Shown: one piece after another, positions 16,900 to 20,366 of the stretch | How the letters are laid out: every line of letters begins with the position of its first letter | How positions within the stretch are numbered: the first letter of the stretch is position 1 | Virus record (IMG/VR): IMGVR_UViG_3300031760_000026 | Reading direction: 5' to 3' (one strand) | Source: a virus | Lineage: Duplodnaviria > Heunggongvirae > Uroviricota > Caudoviricetes | Length of the DNA: 20,366 nt | Translations under genes and position numbers: made by a program | Notes under the pieces: generated by a model | What the model saw: the letters and a program-made list of their open reading frames with translations, nothing else | What the model was told of the DNA's origin: nothing | Databases searched by the model: none

Positions 16900-17709
16900 T
16901 TATGCCCCGCAACCGCAGCCAAGATTCTGATTGCAGCAGTTGGGATTAGGAATGATGTACGCAGGACTGGCAACAGGACGCAGATACTGCTCAAGAGCAG
17001 CGGTCTGAGCGGCCTGAGAAGCCAGAATCTGAGCAGTCTGGTCATTCTGAGAAGCCCGACGATTCGCTTCATTCAGAGCCGCCTGAAGCTCAGAGATTTG
17101 CTGATTCTTGCCATCCAGCTCGAGCTGGCAGATCTTGTCCATGATGGCAGTAAAACCAGCATTAGTAGAATTAACAAGAGCCTGGGTATTTGCAGTGTTA
17201 GCCGCCATAATATCACGAATGCCGTCATTTACAGCCTGGCGATCACTACAGGCCTCAGTGGCAACAGTGTACTTCAGATCGGCCAGACCAGCTCTGTTTT
17301 CACAACAGCAGTTCTGGAGACCCATAGTGAGGGAATTCATGCTCTGCAGAGTAGCAGCCTGATTAGCATTCAGAGTCTGCAAGACATTTGCCTGGGCATT
17401 GCAACGGGAAATCTCGGCGTTGGCGAAACCATTAGAGACAGCGGCAGTAAGACCATTCAGACCGCCCATAATAGCGGACTGATCGAATCCACGCTGAACA
17501 TCATTCTGAGTAGTGTTGCCCATCATCCAAGGCATCATGCCGCCACCTCCAAAGCCGAAGCCATTACCCCAGCCATTGTTGGCGAACAGCAGAAGAATGA
17601 TAAGCCACCAAGCTCCATCTCCACCAAAGAACCCATTGTTACCATAGCCACCAGTGACAGCAGCGACATCCGCGGCGGAAAGACCGCCATTACCTTCGGT
17701 AAAAGACAT
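16900..17709 (-). CDS. Cassette gene 4: Gly-rich N-terminus, one hydrophobic segment, long coiled coil and Cys clusters (269 aa)
   Basis: SD AGGAGGAG; 'AWWLIILLLFA'; 'QNCCCENR'; C-terminal 'NPNCCNQNLGCGCGA'. Confidence 0.9.
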   Translation of the reverse strand: MSFTEGNGGLSAADVAAVTGGYGNNGFFGGDGAWWLIILLLFANNGWGNGFGFGGGGMMPWMMGNTTQNDVQRGFDQSAIMGGLNGLTAAVSNGFANAEISRCNAQANVLQTLNANQAATLQSMNSLTMGLQNCCCENRAGLADLKYTVATEACSDRQAVNDGIRDIMAANTANTQALVNSTNAGFTAIMDKICQLELDGKNQQISELQAALNEANRRASQNDQTAQILASQAAQTAALEQYLRPVASPAYIIPNPNCCNQNLGCGCGA

Positions 17710-17732
17710 TTACGTCTCCTCCTGAAAATAAA

Positions 17733-17772
17733 TTTTTATACTTAACCCTTGGCCAAGGTTGTATATAAAAAA
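17733..17772. promoter_or_regulatory. Intergenic imperfect inverted repeat centred on the 12-bp palindrome CCTTGGCCAAGG
   Basis: Palindrome at 17747-17758, flanked by TTTTTATAC (17733-17741) and GTATATAAAAA (17761-17771). Confidence 0.6.
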
Positions 17773-18000
17773 TTAACGAGTCCTACCAGTTAATCGATTA
17801 GTAATCTGAGCAAGCTGATTGAACTGCTGCTGAGTCATTGCTCCACTTTGCATTAACTGTTGAACTCGTGCTTGAGGCGTCATTCCCATTTGATTCAGAG
17901 ACTGCATCATTTGATTTGCAGCGTTCTGAAAAGCTTGACGACTTGAGAATGGGCTTGAATCATTTTGATTTTGTTGAAACCGTTGATAGAAAGGATTCAT
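17773..18000 (-). CDS. Cassette gene 3: small Gln/Asn/Met-rich protein (75 aa)
   Basis: 18 Gln and 8 Asn in 75 residues; SD-like GAGGTG upstream. Confidence 0.8.
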   Translation of the reverse strand: MNPFYQRFQQNQNDSSPFSSRQAFQNAANQMMQSLNQMGMTPQARVQQLMQSGAMTQQQFNQLAQITNRLTGRTR

Positions 18001-18010
18001 CTAAAGCACC

Positions 18011-18427
18011 TCACTTAAGAAGTTCCTCAATTCTAGAGTTAAAGCTATCTAACTTCTGATTAACAGAATTCACAAGGTCATATAACTTTTGATGCTCTTC
18101 CTTTGTCACAAACTGAGCTTCTGGGCCAAATGCCTCTTCCGAAATCGAGTAAGAAAGCTTGTGTAAAGGATTCTTAATCTTTCCATTCACATCCGTTTCA
18201 CGGACCCATATAATCGGATCATCTCCGGAGCATCCGAAGTAGAGGGTCTCATTCGGAGTAGTCGGATGAGAAAGAACCTCATCTACATTTGCGGCCCAAA
18301 GTAAATTGCACTGGGGACCAGCCATAGCAGATGCAGCAGAAGAGATAATCGGAGCTACAGGATTCACAACAGGGGGAGTAGCTGCAAAGTTTTTAGGTGC
18401 AGCGCTAAAGATTGGATTGCCAGCCAT
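18011..18427 (-). CDS. Cassette gene 2: Pro/Ala-rich N-terminus, small beta domain, C-terminal coiled coil (138 aa)
   Basis: SD AAAGGAG; 'FVTKEEHQKLYDLVNSVNQKLDSFNSRIEELLK' heptad pattern. Confidence 0.8.
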   Translation of the reverse strand: MAGNPIFSAAPKNFAATPPVVNPVAPIISSAASAMAGPQCNLLWAANVDEVLSHPTTPNETLYFGCSGDDPIIWVRETDVNGKIKNPLHKLSYSISEEAFGPEAQFVTKEEHQKLYDLVNSVNQKLDSFNSRIEELLK

Positions 18428-18430
18428 TTA

Positions 18431-18811
18431 TTAATCTCCTTTCATCCAGTAATAAACTGGTATTTCATTGCCAGAGTCCCATGTGTCGTAATAGTCGCCA
18501 TCAACTACCGCGACAACATGCTGATCAATTGCTAATAAAAATCTGCCCTTTGGATTGTCCGCACAGAAATCTCTAACTGTATAGCAATCAGGACAGGTGT
18601 TCGGGATTATATGCCTTGTGTAACCATGCCTTCTTAAATAGGAGCCCCATGTAGAGTTTCCAGAAGGCATGTCCTTTCTTATGAAACCTTGAAAAGCGGT
18701 TCCGGCATAAACAGTATCCCAATCTTGGTTTGTCAGCTTGCAAATTGCTCTAATTGTGCAATCACCGACTAATCTGCCAGCTGGATTAGGATTGTAAAAT
18801 ATGAATGCCAT
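18431..18811 (-). CDS. Cassette gene 1: putative papain-fold (C39-like) cysteine hydrolase (likely start MAFIF at 18811)
   Basis: Candidate triad: Cys in 'GDCTIRAI', His in 'DQHVVAV', Asp in 'YYDTWDS'; also a CPDC motif. Confidence 0.65.
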   Translation of the reverse strand: MAFIFYNPNPAGRLVGDCTIRAICKLTNQDWDTVYAGTAFQGFIRKDMPSGNSTWGSYLRRHGYTRHIIPNTCPDCYTVRDFCADNPKGRFLLAIDQHVVAVVDGDYYDTWDSGNEIPVYYWMKGD

Positions 18812-18813
18812 TG

Positions 18814-19152
18814 TCAAGGAGTCTCCGAGTCAACATTGCAACGCCACTCAAATTCTTTAATAAGATCTTGATAGGCAGCAAGGACCGAAGAACTCGTCGG
18901 CGGATCAAAGATGAGTTTCACCTTCGCGAAAATGTAGCTCTTCACAGTTTCGATCTGATTATTATCGATAAAATCTGACCACGTATCGTTTTCGCTGTGA
19001 ATCACAAACGGCTCAGTCTTATCATCTCCGACTCCCAACTGATAGCAGATGCCAAGCGCGGAGTTGATAAAAATAATTAACTCGGGATCGAAGTGCTTGT
19101 AGTCAGCTTCAATTCCGAGCATTTTCTTTATTGAGTTAAGAATACTTTCCAT
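18814..19152 (-). CDS. Head-tail adaptor / connector (SPP1 gp15 / HK97 gp6-like)
   Basis: 112 aa helical protein beginning 'SILNSIKKMLGI', with 'VKSYIFAKVKLIFDPP'. The family call is from recalled resemblance. Confidence 0.6.
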   Translation of the reverse strand: MESILNSIKKMLGIEADYKHFDPELIIFINSALGICYQLGVGDDKTEPFVIHSENDTWSDFIDNNQIETVKSYIFAKVKLIFDPPTSSSVLAAYQDLIKEFEWRCNVDSETP

Positions 19153-19158
19153 AAAGCA

Positions 19159-19581
19159 TTACCTCCACGGGCAAGTGTCATTTGGTGATCTGGTTGTTGG
19201 CTTAGACGGGACTAGAAGATTTGCGTCTCCATAGTGTATTGCGTTATGAGTTGATTCGATTGTGCAAACTAAATTCTCAGGATCAAATAGTTTGGAACTT
19301 CTAGTTTGAATATCGGTAACTGTAATCGGATTAATGTGATGAATCAGAATTCGTTCCCCATTTGGGATTGGCCTATCATCAGACGCTAAGTCACATCCAT
19401 TATCTCGAATAATAACTTTTCTTCGAGCCGCTTTCCAATCTTTATCTAGGTGATAAAATTGTTGATTAAGCCACCTGTCATACCCGAACGTCGAATCTCC
19501 AACTTGCCCATCTAATCGAAGATACTCAAATCGCTCTTCGAAAGTCGGAAGAGACATCATCTCAGTATATGTCCTGATCAT
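19159..19581 (-). CDS. HNH endonuclease, packaging-associated (HK97 gp74-like); likely start MIRTY at 19581
   Basis: 'RDNGCDL', 'ILIHHINP', 'ENLVCTIESTHNAIH'; SD GAGGA 8 nt upstream; overlaps the end of the TerS-like gene. Confidence 0.85.
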   Translation of the reverse strand: MIRTYTEMMSLPTFEERFEYLRLDGQVGDSTFGYDRWLNQQFYHLDKDWKAARRKVIIRDNGCDLASDDRPIPNGERILIHHINPITVTDIQTRSSKLFDPENLVCTIESTHNAIHYGDANLLVPSKPTTRSPNDTCPWR

Positions 19582-19915
19582 CGTCGTCTTCCTCTGGGTC
19601 TCCTCTGTAAGATTTGAATGCATTGATCGCATTAGAATATAGATCTTCGATTCTCTTTGCAGATTGCAATGCCTCAGTCTTCGCAGAATCTAATTCAATC
19701 TTCTTACTCAGAAGTTCCAATTCTTTTCGCTCCTTCATAGAGCCCAAACGTAAAAAATGGCAAACCTCTTGGGAAGTTGCCGTTCCATTTCGTAGTCTTT
19801 CCTCCGCGACATCATAAGCCAATGCAATTAGCTGGTTCTCCCTAGCCTCAGCAGAAATTGCAGGTCGACTTTTCTTCTTCGGAGGAGAACTTGTTGCTAA
19901 CTTTTGGCGTGCCAT
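19562..19915 (-). CDS. Putative terminase small subunit (likely start MARQ at 19915)
   Basis: First gene of the late operon; basic N-terminus followed by helices and a coiled coil; SD AAGGAG upstream. The call is from position. Confidence 0.55.
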   Translation of the reverse strand: MARQKLATSSPPKKKSRPAISAEARENQLIALAYDVAEERLRNGTATSQEVCHFLRLGSMKERKELELLSKKIELDSAKTEALQSAKRIEDLYSNAINAFKSYRGDPEEDDDDQDIY

Positions 19916-19954
19916 GCCAGAGTTCACTCCTTATTTCATTAAGTTTTACTACAC

Positions 19955-20114
19955 TTTTAGATACTTTTTACAGATGCCTAGGTGCTGGAATATCAGAAAG
20001 ACAAGAAACTCTTGAAAGGAGATGGCTGGCAAGACCATAAGAAAAGGAGGACAATGAACATGGACAGACTATATGTTCGAGAAAAACCTAGGCACCTGTA
20101 AAAAGCATCTAAAA
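19955..20114 (-). ncRNA. Candidate structured RNA / 5' leader closed by a 29-bp stem
   Basis: 19955-19983 versus 20086-20114 are 27/29 reverse-complementary, and both mismatches form G.U pairs on the minus-strand RNA. Confidence 0.55.
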
Positions 20115-20149
20115 AATATCCCCCGGAGAATTTTTCAAGGGAGCCGCGA

Positions 20150-20200
20150 TGCAGAGAGGGGGTGCATTTTGGGAGACCCCCTCCCCCCGGTCGCCGTTTT
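20150..20200. other. Candidate cos / packaging-initiation region
   Basis: GC-rich island upstream of TerS/HNH containing the inverted repeat GAGGGGGT/ACCCCCTC (20156-20163 and 20176-20183), a C6 tract and the dyad 9-mer CGGTCGCCG (20188-20196). Confidence 0.5.
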
Positions 20201-20366
20201 TAGCTAGTTCCGCAATCAATACGACTCAAACACTGAACTAGAAAAGTTTTTTTAAAATTTTTTAAAAATATTTTAAACATTTTTTACAAGAAGGGGGCGA
20301 GGGAGGAGGGCTTAGGGCTCTAGCCAGTAGAGGTAGGGTAAGGAGAGGCCAGCATAGGGAGGTGGG

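Larger units (their letters stand above)
2047..17970 (-). repeat. Dispersed 11-nt motif AWTCAAAATGR, 7 copies
   Basis: Plus-strand YCATTTTGAWT at 2047, 7670, 9547, 14504, 15362, 16411 and 17960; no copy found in the opposite orientation by manual scan. Confidence 0.85.
1..20366 (-). mobile_element. Siphophage (or prophage) late operon: DNA packaging, head and long non-contractile tail module
   Basis: Contiguous, co-oriented, tightly coupled genes with recognisable terminase, portal, protease/capsid, major tail, tape measure and Dit. No integrase or att site lies in the window, so prophage versus free phage cannot be decided. Confidence 0.97.

Noticed and set aside
16891-16902. Programmed stop-codon read-through fusing cassette genes 4 and 5
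   Set aside because: The stop is UAA and gene 5 has its own SD-like AAGGGGGTG. The in-frame arrangement has a one-in-three chance probability, so it is kept only as a side note in a finding.
16504-17745. 413-aa plus-strand ORF antisense to cassette genes 4-5
   Set aside because: Same in-register shadow effect; no RBS and no recognisable domain.
19858-20040. 60-aa plus-strand ORF across the TerS start and the leader
   Set aside because: It overlaps the TerS-like gene and the structured leader, has no SD, and has no protein-like features.
20200-20290. Sigma-70/SigA or sporulation-sigma promoter for the late operon
   Set aside because: Only weak -35/-10 matches (for example TTGAGT-17-TAGCTA) in AT-rich DNA, which cannot be distinguished from chance by eye.
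1-20366. CRISPR array, tRNA/rRNA, IS element, diversity-generating retroelement or invertible tail-fibre cassette
   Set aside because: No regularly spaced repeats, cloverleaf, transposase, reverse transcriptase or recombinase was seen. The only long repeats are intragenic duplications and the leader stem.

Overview
The window is the packaging and virion-morphogenesis (late) operon of a long-tailed temperate or lytic siphophage, with every credible gene on the minus strand. The host is probably a Bacillota/Clostridia-type gut or rumen bacterium (inference from Shine-Dalgarno (SD) style and the accessory cassette). In transcription order (right to left): candidate cos/packaging region; structured 5' leader; TerS-like protein; HNH nuclease; head-tail adaptor; a six-gene accessory cassette with its own terminator; HxG-KWG protein 1; TerL; HxG-KWG protein 2; portal; protease-scaffold-capsid fusion; head closure; tail terminator; major tail; two tail chaperones; gp10-like protein; 1631-aa tape measure; Dit; a baseplate protein; and a truncated tail-fibre ORF missing from the ORF track. 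The main unexplained signals are: (1) the six-gene Cys-rich/low-complexity/BclA-like/papain-like cassette embedded in the packaging operon, whose 269-aa gene has capsid-like codon bias; (2) an 11-nt motif AWTCAAAATGR found 7 times, all on the coding strand and in three reading frames; (3) six hydrophobic-x-His-[SA]-Asp sites in the head polyprotein, echoed by the LxH motif of two basic HxG-KWG proteins, suggesting protease-processed capsid cargo; (4) a 29-bp leader stem whose only two mismatches are G.U wobbles on the sense strand. All counts were made by eye and no database searches were run.
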